DNA of 57,166 nucleotides, counting the filler, from Dirinaria sp. TL-2023a (Eukaryota): NCBI GenBank assembly GCA_051941275.1. It is 5 parts of 5 records of this genome, joined end to end, with 100 filler letters (N's around TTAATTAATTAA, not from the genome) between each part and the next. Parts side by side here need not be neighbours in the genome. Positions count along the whole stretch, not along the records: positions 34,393 to 45,736 come from JAVEBF010000851.1; positions 45,837 to 57,166 come from JAVEBF010000852.1; 3 more parts are not named here. One strand, written 5' to 3'. Below, one piece after another: positions 37,845 through 48,800 of the stretch. The notes below the pieces were generated by a model. It saw only the letters and a list, made by a program, of their open reading frames with translations. It was not told the DNA's origin and made no database searches. Numbering within the stretch: the first letter of the stretch is position 1; every line of letters starts with the position of its first letter. The translations under genes were made by a program, and so were the position numbers.

Positions 37845-40329
37845 TCATCGTCTACCCAAATCAATATCCAGAACCTTCCTCATCCCCCATCTCTTCTCAT
37901 CCTTATCAGCTTCTCTATGCGCCTGCCCGCCCTCTCCAGCTCCCAAAAAGCCACCAACTGCAATTCCGACTGCCGCTTCCCAAACACCTTTCACCACACC
38001 CTTGCCCTCAACTCCGCTCTGCTGAAAATCCGGAAACGCATTGACCTCCAACAACCAGCACCTCCCATCCTTATCAACGAGCCAATCCACGCCGAAGATC
38101 TCGAACGCGTTCGGTAGAGTCTGGAAATACAGCATCTGCCCCCTCGCGGCAGCTTCAAAGAGCTCGCCCGTCGCGGCTGATATCTGGTCGCGAATCGACC
38201 ACTGCTCGGCGGCTGAAAGCGGAAGCTTGGAGAGGAGGTGCACGCTATCGTTGTTGATGTTGGCTACAGTGGCGGGGTCTTGGAGACAGGTGTTCGTGAG
38301 GTGGATATCTCGGTCGGTTGAGGCGGAGGGGGGACAGTATGGTCTAGAAGCGAAGAGGGCGAGCATTTCCTGGGCTACATAGACGCGTAGAGCGCCCACG
38401 GCGAGGACGTAGCTCCGGAGGTGGAATTTGCGGTTTTGGAGTTCAGGGAAGAGGCGGGGTGGGTCAATGTATGGTTGGACAACGAAGTGCCGCAGATGAG
38501 ATGTCATGATACCATCTTTTTCACTCGGTACTATTGGGTCGTCTTCTTCGTCCTCGGAGCCCTCGGAGCCCGGCGCTTCAGCTTCCCATTCTTCGAAGAT
38601 CGATCGCAACGCCGATTCACTGCTGAAGAGTCGAACACCTTGACCACGATCGCTCATGCTGGGTTTGAGGATCCACCATTCGCGCTCTTCCGGAGCGACA
38701 TTCGCATTACGAGCGAAGCTCTCGTGGAGCTCGTAAGCTTCGAGAAGGGCGTCGTCGAGAAACTCAGCATAGTCAAGGTCGAAGTCTAGCGTTGGTTTCA
38801 CGTGAAGCTGGAGCAGGCTACGTGGATGTTTGGAGAACCAAGAAGAGACAGTATTTGCCAGATAATGCTTTCGGATTAAGGCTTTACGAGTGATATAGGC
38901 ATTGACTAGTATGTTGTGACGACTTAGAAGGTATTCGAAGTCGATGGCTTCGTATTGGACGATCTGGATGAGGAGCGCTGATGGATCTAGATCTTTGGGA
39001 ATGGAGGTGACAATATGTATAGATGTTTGCGGGAGCTGGTTTTTGAGAGCCTCCAAAAGCAGTGGCTGGACATAATTATCTTCGTAGTCGATGAAGGCGT
39101 ACACTTTCCGTGAAGTAGGTGGTGGATCCGCCAAGAGTGGGATCTCAAGGCTAGAAGACCTGTACACCCGAGATAATTAGGATGTACGCAAGGATTCAAG
39201 ATGTTTGAAAAGCGATGATGAATCGCCAGATTTTAGTTGTGAATCTGTAATAAAAATGGCTCGTTTGATATACAACTCACAGCTTAAGCTCACCCAACAC
39301 GGTGCTGGAGCTATGCATGAAATTCGCCTTTAATGGAGTGACACTACAGCGATCTATTAGCACCCATGAACACGAACAGGAACTGTGCCATTACCTTGAA
39401 AAGCCTTGAGAGAGCGCCCAGCCATCATTACCCGGAGAACTGGCGTCTACGCTTTTTTGAATATCTCCAAACTTTGGTGCCCACTTGAAATGCCTATGTC
39501 GATGGCCGACAGCTGCATTCACAGAAGTTCTAAATTGGCTATCCTCTCGGATCTCCTTCTCATGGATTTCTGGGACTTGATCGCCCTCGGAGGCAGGTAT
39601 TTCTTCGAAAGAGCTACCCGATGTCCAGTAATTCTGAAGGGCGTTGGTGTATAACGTCGGATGGCTTTCGACTTCCGCGATTAAGGGGATGTTGATTGAA
39701 TAGAGATCGACATCCGCAGCCCAATTATTATAGAGGTGTTCTATCACTCGCACAGCATGCCGCGAGGCGCCAGCAATTAATTTCGGATCATGATCTCGTG
39801 AGTAGAAAGCAAAAGAGAGTGCAATGCTACGTTTACCGCAGACGGCGGCTTCCATGGCACCACCAACAGTACCGCTGGATAGACTAAAGAGGGAGGTAGA
39901 GTTACGGCCATAGTTAGGACCAGAGACTACCAAGTCGACGGGACCTCGATCTTGGAAGAAATGATAGAGGCCCAGCTGGGCACACGATGCTGGCGTTCCG
40001 TCCACGAGAACCCACTCCTCCGCGATCTCATTAGGTTGCGCGGGTCGTTCATGAGTAGTGCCATCATCTTTGTGTAAGGTTCCTGGACGGAAATAGCTTG
40101 GCTTGGTTACTTGACCGACAAAGTGGGCTTTGCCGATCCATGAGCGTTGCTGATGTGGTAGGATCACCGAGACCGTGTTGCCAGCTTCTTGCAAAATCTT
40201 GACGAAAGAATGGACATATGGGGAAGATTGCTGGCTCGGCGGGCCATCGTCGTTCGTCACCTGGGGTTGAGTCAGTCCACCTCACTCTACTTAAAAGCAA
40301 GCTCTGAGTTCACGAACAAGAATGTGCAT
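37845..40329 (-). CDS. PBY1: SurE-like phosphatase fused to a tubulin-tyrosine-ligase-like ATP-grasp domain (Pby1-like), 4 exons
   Basis: SurE motifs MHIL|VTNDDG, DGTPASC, VSGPNYGRN and SSGTVGGAMEA; TTL motifs RKALIRKHYL, WILKPSMSDRGQG, RKFHLRSY, HLTNTCLQ and LLEVNAFPDF. Introns 40261-40317, 39344-39394 and 39160-39280. Confidence 0.87.
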
Positions 40330-40917
40330 CGAAACTGACTGTCTGAATTTCACAGCCACTTGACCCTGAGGTGAGTGTAGCAATCCTGCCTGAAATAACC
40401 TCATCGCAACTCAGCATTAAATACCTGACTGGAGTCCGTGCCAAGACTTGGATTACTTGGCAGCCGTGTGCGTGTACGGCAGCCTTGTGTCAATTAACAC
40501 CATCGGTCACAGAAGGTAAAGTAAGGTAAGACGTGTTCCAGTCTCACAAGACTTCAACCACTACACACTGTCACGTTGGACATCTCACTCGGCGCAAACC
40601 CATGGGCAAATGGTGCTTGCGCCTTTTTGGTTCCGCCGCAACGCATACCTGATGTTTGAATTCACCTGTGGTCGGGCCTGTGCCCGAGGACCGAAGTTCT
40701 TTGATAAATTTCACGGTTCAAAGGTCCGGCTCTGCAGCGTCCATAGGTCGAGACGAGTTTGGATCAGACATCAGATACTCGATGACGATGCCGCCTCAAT
40801 CAAAGTGGCCTTGGCCCTCCATCGGTTGGTCACGGGCAAGAACATTGGCATCATCCGCGTTGTTCGAATGGCGATCAACCATTCGAGATTCGTGAAGAAG
40901 GATCCACGGCTCAGTCT

Positions 40918-42285
40918 TTACTTTTTCTTCGTTGCGTTAGGTTTCTTGCCAAAGAAATCGCTCATCTTCTTCATGCCGGAGACGTCAACTTTCTTTAGAT
41001 CCCGAGCTCCTCTGGTTTCGGAGGCCTTTCTCTTTTTCTCTTCCTCTTCCTTCTTTGCCTTCTTCTCCGCCCTCAAATCCGCCGCTTCATCATCGTCCAT
41101 GCCCCTTTTACGGCTAAAGTCTGCCAGAGATCGGGAAGCAAGGGCTTCTGACCGCATCTTAGCTATAAGTGCAAGCTCGTCATCGAGCGGCTTGAAATTG
41201 ATTGGGCTACTCTCAGAGGCGAGCACGGCATTGAGACTGGTGACGAGCGAGCACGGCACATAGGAGCTCATCATGAACGACAATGCAACACGAAGACGTA
41301 GACACTGCAAGACCTCCTCTGTCTGGCCTGCAGGGGATTTCTCATCCGGCGTTGTCAGGGTCGTACCAGCAGACTGCTCCGAGCTTATCGACGAAACGGT
41401 ACTCGCTTGTGACTCACTCTTATCATGACTAGAGGACTCGATGACCGGCGACTCATCTTGAGAGACTGCGGCGGTTTCTGATGCTGAACTCTGCTGACGT
41501 TTGACGCCCACCAGGGGCCTCTCGAGTGCTTTTTTGACAAATTTTTCGTCCATACTCAACGGCAACCCTGATGCAACCAAGCGTCTCGCCTTCACTATTA
41601 ATACTTGCAACAGCTTGTCCTTGCTCAGTCGATACATTTTCTCGTCACCTGCCTCCACGGTATCGCACACAGCGCACATACGTTCTTGTATCGCCAGCTT
41701 GATGCGAGCATGTTGCAGGATCTCAGCAAAATGAAGTGAGGATTCGCATAGACGATCGAGGATGTCTTCGGCGGAGACGAAGACGCCTTTCGAGGAAGGC
41801 GATCTCGAGCTCGATGACGCCAGGAGGCTTGGGATGACCAGGAAAAGGGCGTCAATCGGTGTAGCTGTAAACAATTCAGGGGATTTCACAACGTAGCCCT
41901 CTGCTACTGGTCTCGGCGTCCTGTCATTCGGGCTTTCTTCCAGACCGGCATTACGCTGTGGATCAGCTGGGTCTGTGGAAGAATCGGGCACGGTGGGGGC
42001 AGTTGTTGTAGACTCATGGGGTCGTCCAATCAGCCAGCTTTGGCAAGCTGTTTTAGGCGGAGCAATTCTCGTGAACTCATAGATACCCTTCTCGGGACAA
42101 AAGATGTATTGGCAAGGCTTGGAGGTCCGAGGATGACGCAGTGTGCAAATTCGAGCCTCGTCAGAAGCATCTGCTGGCAGAATAAGGAGCTTAAGCGGAT
42201 CTTCTGGCTCTACTATGACCTTGCTCTGGGCAGACTGATCTGTAGGTTCCGACACCACCGCGGATCTCGTTTTGATCCTAGCCAT
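40918..42285 (-). CDS. RNH202: Ribonuclease H2 subunit B (Ydr279p/Rnh202 family)
   Basis: LILP...LRHPRTSKPCQYIFCP..GIYEF, ATPIDALFLVIP, VCDTVEAGDEKMYRLS and a C-terminal PIP-box-like KVDVSGMKKMSDFF; first ATG at 42285. Confidence 0.87.
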   Translation of the reverse strand: MARIKTRSAVVSEPTDQSAQSKVIVEPEDPLKLLILPADASDEARICTLRHPRTSKPCQYIFCPEKGIYEFTRIAPPKTACQSWLIGRPHESTTTAPTVPDSSTDPADPQRNAGLEESPNDRTPRPVAEGYVVKSPELFTATPIDALFLVIPSLLASSSSRSPSSKGVFVSAEDILDRLCESSLHFAEILQHARIKLAIQERMCAVCDTVEAGDEKMYRLSKDKLLQVLIVKARRLVASGLPLSMDEKFVKKALERPLVGVKRQQSSASETAAVSQDESPVIESSSHDKSESQASTVSSISSEQSAGTTLTTPDEKSPAGQTEEVLQCLRLRVALSFMMSSYVPCSLVTSLNAVLASESSPINFKPLDDELALIAKMRSEALASRSLADFSRKRGMDDDEAADLRAEKKAKKEEEEKKRKASETRGARDLKKVDVSGMKKMSDFFGKKPNATKKK

Positions 42286-42371
42286 GTTATGTTCTCCAAA
42301 GCATAGGTACAATTCTGTATGGCGTTGTAGATAGGTAGCAGGTACTTAAACTACGCTTGCCGAACCCCCAA

Positions 42372-42396
42372 ACGCGTCCAAAACGCGTCAAACGCG
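42372..42396. promoter_or_regulatory. Triple MCB (MluI cell-cycle box) cluster in the RNH202/MCM10 bidirectional promoter
   Basis: ACGCGT at 42372-42377, ACGCGT at 42383-42388 and ACGCG at 42392-42396, between two divergent DNA-replication genes. Confidence 0.75.
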
Positions 42397-42678
42397 CTAT
42401 CGGTCGGCCAATGAAACCCCGTCAATCCTTTTGACAGTCCCACCGGAGCTACTATTGATAAGGTACCTTATGCCGGTAGTGCCGATATCTACATACATGA
42501 GTAAACATTGCTCTACTTTGGTCAATTGCAGTCAGGTCTCCATCCATATCCCATCTAGGAGTCATTGTCTCCGTTGAACAAGGTCCTCGCTTGCGCCAGT
42601 TGCCCACGCCCATGTACTATAATTCACGCGATCAGTAATTCAAAGTACTGTAGCTCACAACCTTCATCTAAATGCGCA

Positions 42679-45057
42679 ATGGTTCCTGGTACTACTGAAC
42701 CAAGGTGGCCACCACGTTCTCCTCGCGAAGCTCTACTCTGCTCTCCAGCTGCCCGAAATCGAGTGCGCCAACACAACGACCGGACTTCGCCATCGCCTTC
42801 ACCTTTGAAGAACTCGTCTACTACTCTAAACCTGAATCGATTACCTAGCAAACGTTCTCTCCAGCCGACGGCAGAAGCCGACGAAGAGGAAGATGAGGAG
42901 ACCCTACAATTGCGCCTCGATGCAATCGAGGCACGTTTGAAGCTCAAGAAGCTCCAACAGAAGAAATCTAAAGCAGGACGTCCGACTTCGGACATTGAGA
43001 ATGAGGGAGCCAGAAACGGTAGACCGGGTTTGCGTCCAGAGTTGCAGATCCCTGTTTCACCAACACGAAAGGTCGCGGCGGTAGAAGAAAAGAAGTCGCC
43101 TGGCAGAGTCCTTCTGGGCATTGACAAGGGTCTGAAGGGACATAATGTGTCGTTGAAGAGACCGCCAACTAAGGGTTCTACGAGTGATGATCCCTTCAGA
43201 AGCCGTGCTGTGCCTCAAACCTCACGTAGCAGCACCTTTTCAGGCGGTCCATCGACGTCTCACACCGAGCAGACGAGAAAGACGACGTCATTCAGCGATC
43301 GCGTATCCAAGTCCAGGCGGATTGACAAAGAGGAGACGGAAAGAGCAAACCGAGTCTGGAAAAATAAAAGTACAGGTTTTGGTGTCAACCAGGAAGAGAT
43401 CGAGCGGCAGAAGAGCGCGGCCGAATCGAAAGTGTCTGAAGCCGGCACACGAGCCAGCCCGGTCAGAAGCGCAGGGTTCTCCAGAGACCAAGTCCTTAAA
43501 GCGATCCACGAACCCAATACAAGCGTTCCCAGAAGCAAGTCTCTCCCCAAAATATCCGCCGAAGGTCAGTCACGGAACCAAGCATCATCATTGCGTAGAG
43601 CACAGCAGACGAACGTCCCAGCTCCTACTCAGTCCACTACCAAACCACAAGAGCCCCTCCGGCCCCAATCACCAACCTCAGATCCAGTCTCGCGCTCCAC
43701 ATCGCCTCCGTCCGACTCACTGTTCGAACCCTTCTCCACGCTCCATCTCTCGAAACGCATCCTACCTCATGCCTTCCTAAGCCGAACCCTTGCCGGCAAA
43801 TCCGTAACGCTAATCCCTTCTCTGCTCTCCAAAATCAAATCTCCCAGCTACACGCTTCCCCCCGAACTCGACTCAGACTTTGTAGTGATAGGCATCATCG
43901 CCTCGAAATCACCACCATTATCCCACAAAGACGCGCATAAAACAAGCACGACGGAAACAACTTCGACGGCAGAAGCGGCAGAAAGCGAAACCAACGCCAG
44001 AGGCAAGTACATGGTCTTAACACTTACAGACTTAAAATGGACGCTCGATCTCTACCTCTTCACGACAGCGTACACACGATTCTGGAAGCTCACGCCGGGG
44101 ACATTGATCGCGATCCTGAACCCCTCGATCATGCCCCCGACCCCAGGGAAATTGGACACGGGCCGCTTCAGCCTCGTCCTCGATTCGAGCGACGACACAG
44201 TGCTCGAGATCGGCACGTCGCGCGATCTAGGCTGGTGCAAGAGCACCAAACGCGACGGGCGGCCTTGCGAGTCCTGGATCGACAAGCGACACACGTCCGT
44301 GTGCGAATTCCACGTCGACCGCGTGGTCGAGCGCACGCGGGCCGGCCGCATGGAAGTCAACGGCATCTCGGGTCCGTATGGGCCTAAGGGCAGGAGGGGC
44401 GGCAGAACCGGCTTTTGGGGCGGCGGCAACAATCGCAAAACAACTGAGAAAGATGGTCATACTAATGGCCTGCGTCCAGAAGGCAGACACTATGATTATA
44501 GCTCCCGAAGCAGCTATTTCATCGCACCCGGCGGTGGTGGGGCTGGCCGCAGCGCAGCGAGCTTATTAGATGCTGCCGCGGCGGGACCGTTCCTGGAGCG
44601 CGGAGGAGAAAGCAACGAAGAGCGCGCGCGCAAACGTCTCGCTGCGCAGGAGAAGGAACGGGACATCGCGCGACGGTTGGGTGAGTTGGGGAACGGTACT
44701 GCGGCCGAGTATCTACGGCAGAAACATCATCACCACCACGACAATGACGAGAATACCGACCAAGCAGACGCGAAACCTACGCAGTCGTCGGTAGATGTGA
44801 AAGATACCTCGGGACTCATGGCAGGTAAGAAATCCGCGGATATCAGTTTAAGTCCCGTAAAGAAGGAGAAGAAGAACAAAAGGAAAGCGGAGGCTGCTGC
44901 TGCGGCCGCGGGGGAACCAAAGAGGGAGAAGAAAACGCGGTTCGTAATTGGTCAGGGCGTCAGAGAGGCTGGTGGAGGAGGAGGAGGAGGAGGAGAAAGG
45001 GATATTTGGTTGGATGCTGCTGTTGCCGGTGAGGAGGATGAGTTGGAGGTTATTTGA
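42679..45057 (+). CDS. MCM10: DNA replication initiation factor Mcm10 (Cdc23)
   Basis: N-terminal coiled coil (EETLQLRLDAIEARLKLKKL), OB-fold (DFVVIGIIASKS, GKYMVLTLTDLKWTLDLYLF, GTLIAILNP) and a CCCH zinc finger (CKSTKRDGRPCESWIDKRHTSVCEFH); first ATG at 42679. Confidence 0.9.
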   Translation: MVPGTTEPRWPPRSPREALLCSPAARNRVRQHNDRTSPSPSPLKNSSTTLNLNRLPSKRSLQPTAEADEEEDEETLQLRLDAIEARLKLKKLQQKKSKAGRPTSDIENEGARNGRPGLRPELQIPVSPTRKVAAVEEKKSPGRVLLGIDKGLKGHNVSLKRPPTKGSTSDDPFRSRAVPQTSRSSTFSGGPSTSHTEQTRKTTSFSDRVSKSRRIDKEETERANRVWKNKSTGFGVNQEEIERQKSAAESKVSEAGTRASPVRSAGFSRDQVLKAIHEPNTSVPRSKSLPKISAEGQSRNQASSLRRAQQTNVPAPTQSTTKPQEPLRPQSPTSDPVSRSTSPPSDSLFEPFSTLHLSKRILPHAFLSRTLAGKSVTLIPSLLSKIKSPSYTLPPELDSDFVVIGIIASKSPPLSHKDAHKTSTTETTSTAEAAESETNARGKYMVLTLTDLKWTLDLYLFTTAYTRFWKLTPGTLIAILNPSIMPPTPGKLDTGRFSLVLDSSDDTVLEIGTSRDLGWCKSTKRDGRPCESWIDKRHTSVCEFHVDRVVERTRAGRMEVNGISGPYGPKGRRGGRTGFWGGGNNRKTTEKDGHTNGLRPEGRHYDYSSRSSYFIAPGGGGAGRSAASLLDAAAAGPFLERGGESNEERARKRLAAQEKERDIARRLGELGNGTAAEYLRQKHHHHHDNDENTDQADAKPTQSSVDVKDTSGLMAGKKSADISLSPVKKEKKNKRKAEAAAAAAGEPKREKKTRFVIGQGVREAGGGGGGGGERDIWLDAAVAGEEDELEVI

Positions 45058-45736
45058 AAAATTCCTTACCTTAAGTACCTACCTACTTTAGCCCTTACGA
45101 GCAAAATCAACGCGCTTCAGTCACATTTTACCTAAAGTAATGTAGGAAAGCCAGGAACCCCATTTCATGATTTCTGCTTGTATGTAGGAGATAAGAAAGG
45201 AAAGAGATAAGAGTAAGTATGTATTCTAAATATACCGCAATTCTCTTCATCAGGAGGAAAAAGGAGCCGGAGGGGGTGCCATCTCTTACTTAGAAAAAGA
45301 AGAGAGAGGGAAAAAAACATCAGCTTCGTGACTCTATAACCTTCGAATACCCACCCACCCCCCTATGTACACCAAGATGTGCACTTTCATTTGCAACAGT
45401 AATGAGGTGATTTGACAAAAGTAGTGATACCTATGGATCTTCACTCTACTCTCCCATTCTCCACCTTCTTTGCAATGGGAAAAAAAAAAAAAAAAAAAAA
45501 AAGCCGGGGCGAGAAGCACGAATCCTACCGTACTTTTAGGTACAAACGCATGCTCTCAGAATCGCCGTACACGCCCAGCGGTAGTAATAGAACCTAGGTC
45601 AATAAACCCGTCCCACTGGAAAACCAGTGATTCGTCTCCTGTAAACAAGCCGCTCAAGGTATGAAGAACGCGGGATGCCATAGAATAGGAAAGGAACCAC
45701 CGGATCCATGATCATAGTGGTCTCATGGGTTTTCCC

Positions 45737-45836
45737 NNNNNNNNNNNNNNNNNNNNNNNNNNNNNNNNNNNNNNNNNNNNTTAATTAATTAANNNNNNNN
45801 NNNNNNNNNNNNNNNNNNNNNNNNNNNNNNNNNNNN
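45737..45836. other. Artificial contig linker
   Basis: N44-TTAATTAATTAA-N44. Confidence 0.98.
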
Positions 45837-48800
45837 CCCATATGGCACAGTAAGCTTGATAGTTTTCTGGCCTGATTCGGAACAATAATCTTGAAATGCT
45901 TGTAGCTGCTCCAAAGGTCCAGAGACCACACAATCCTTGATGCTGTTTTGACAGGCAACGGCGAGCTGGGAAAACTCTTTCGACTGATCGAACATTTTCA
46001 TTGCCTCGTTGGTGGGGAATTTGCATGCTACCATTCCTGAAGCGTGTGTGGCACAGTTCATAGCCATATACTTCGCGCGAGTGGCAACTATACGAAGAGC
46101 GTCTTCTAGGGAAATCGCGCCAGATATAGCTAGCGAGGCATATTCACCCAAGCTGAAAAGCATTAGCATGGTCCAGAGGCCGAAATTAGGAGCTTACCTA
46201 TGGCCCAAGACAACGTCTGGATGGATATTCCATGACATCCAAAGCCTTGCTAAGGCGTACTCGAGTGTCACGCAAGCACACTGATCCGCAATGATCTGGT
46301 CGCATTCCGAGAGCGTTACTCCAGAGTTGTCTTTGCCTCGGAGTAGGTGCATGAAGCTTGGGAAACCAAGCCTTTGGATAAACTCGTTGCAGCGCTGCAC
46401 GCAGTCCTTGAAGTAGCGTGAAGTCTCAATGAGCTCTTTACCCATGCCAAAATGTGAGGCACCCTGACCGGAGAAGACGAACACAATAGGTTTAGATTGC
46501 GCTTTGTCGACCGATTTATCGAGTCGTACGCTATCTAATTGCTCGACAAGGTCATCGACAGAGTGGCAAGTGAAGGATATCCGGTGTTCATAGTTCTGCC
46601 GCCGAGCGGTGGCCGTGTAACAAACATCTCGAATGCTAAGTTCCGGCCCCCTAATTTTCAGGTATCTCTTGTACCGTTCCACCAATTGCTCGAGCGCAGA
46701 CGGACTTCGAGCGGAGACGTTGAAGATATAGGACGACCTTCCTCCCCCCATTTCTTCTGATGAAGATTGTGTATGCTCTTCCAAGATAAGCGCCACATTC
46801 GACCCCGCAGCTCCGAAGTTGTTCAGCAAGGCTCTCCGAGGGAGATTCGAGGGTCTCTTCCAGTCCTGTGTGGTACGTGGAATCGAGATGCCGTTGCCAA
46901 CCAGACCAGAAAGACGTGGATTCAAGGTATCGAGCGATGCCTGCTTTGGTATTTTACCCTGTCGCAGCATAAGCAGGAGTTTAACGAGACCTGCAGAGCC
47001 AGAGGCTGCTTCGCTGTGGCCAATGTTGCCTTTGATAGAGCTAACTATCAATGGATCTCTGCTCAGCCTAGAATTGGCAAACACAGCGTGGAGACTCGAG
47101 AGCTCGGAGAAGTCCCCAGCTTGAGTGCCCGTTCCGTGCGCTTCTACCACATTGATAGATCTTGGCTCGACTTGTGCTCGGCTCATTACACTCTTGAAAA
47201 GATCTGCTTGGGTTTCAGGGTGTGGGTGGGTGATAGAGTGGGCGTTGCCGCTTTGATTGACGTCGATCCCTTTGATGATACCATGTATACGATCATTCTC
47301 CTTGATGGCGTCTGATAGTCTCTTCAAGACGAAGACCCCGCAGCCTTCTGCGCGGCTATATCCGTCAGCAGACGCATCAAACGACTTGCATTGGCCACTC
47401 GGACTGAGAAAGTGTGCCCTGTTAAGCCCGAGGTACATATCTGGGCTTGTTATGATGTTGACTCCGCCAGCCATAGCAGCGGAACAGTCCCCAGCTTGGA
47501 GTGCCCTGCACGCCTGATAGACGGCAACTAGAGAGGAAGAGCAAGCTGTGTCAATGACGACAGAAGGTCCGCTCATCTTGTAATTGTATGATATTTTGCC
47601 ACTAAGGAACGCTCGTAGGGTTCCAGGGCTGTAGTACACGTCGATGTCGTTCCTCAGATTATCGGTATAATCTCCAGTGGCGACTCCGATATAGCATCCA
47701 AACGTTTTTCTCTGGAACGTCGGTGTTGTATCCTCTGCATAGCCGGCGTCTTCCATAGCGGCATGGGCGGCGTGAAGCAAGACACGACTTTGTGGGTCCA
47801 CCGACTTGGCCTCTCGGGCTGAGATATTGAAGAATGAATTATCAAACCCCCACGGGTCATTGATGAAATTTCCTGTCTTTGTGGTCATCTTGCGCCCCTT
47901 AGACTGTGAGGACTCCGCATCGTAGAATTGTGAGATATCGAAGCGGTTTGAAGGGATCTCTTCGCAAGCATTCAATCCCTGCGACAATGTATCCCACAAC
48001 TCGTCAATGTTCTCGCCCTTAGGGTAGTTAACAGCCATGCCAACAACAGCAATAGCATCCTTGTCTTCCTCTAATTGTTGCGGCTCGGGAACGGAGGCTA
48101 TTTGTGACACGTCGGCAGTCCGCATCCTCGGATGTTGCTGGCGGCGGCGAATCTCAGAAAGCAGATAACTCGAGCTCGGACCGAACGAAAGGATCTCGAT
48201 CTCAACGCTTGGTTCTTGGTCAAGTAATTTGTAAGTAGCTTTGGAAATAGACTTCGAGGTCATGTTCCAATCAACTGTCGTGACTAGCAGAGATCGCAGT
48301 AGAGACTCAACAAAAGAACAGTTTTCGTCCTTACTCTCTGCAAAGTATTCACCGTTCAGAGTTGATCGTAGAGGCTTTTTCAAGTCGGCGAAGGAAGGAA
48401 AGGTGGTGCGTCTTTGCTCTAGATCACTTAGGACCTCGTCCACAACGCTTTGTAGCTGTTCGCCGCCGTGGTATAACGTATGAACATGGGCAAATTTAGC
48501 GGGAGACGCGGTGGAGCAGTAGTCTTTGAAGGCGTTGAGATCCGGGCCTGGCCCCGACAATGTAATACAAAGTTCGCTAGATATCACAGCAATATTAAGC
48601 GAATCAACGCCAGTCTGCGGTGCTTATTAGCGGAGTTCGCGGAGATATAGTCGGCATGCCTGTCACGAGAGACGAGTACAAAAGGTTTCATCATAGATAC
48701 ACTATGAGAGCGAGGGAATAGCCATGCAGAGGCAAAATGTCCTTTCTGGGGGGGTTTGCCAAGAGAACTAGCATCAATGAAGGTACCGAATCCTGGGCGA

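Noticed and set aside
40610..41263. 217-aa plus-strand ORF overlapping the RNH202 3' end
   Set aside because: Largely the antisense shadow of a K/E-rich coding region (F/S/L-rich), with no motif. The same applies to the many antisense ORFs inside the RdRP, IDE, invertase and PKS genes.
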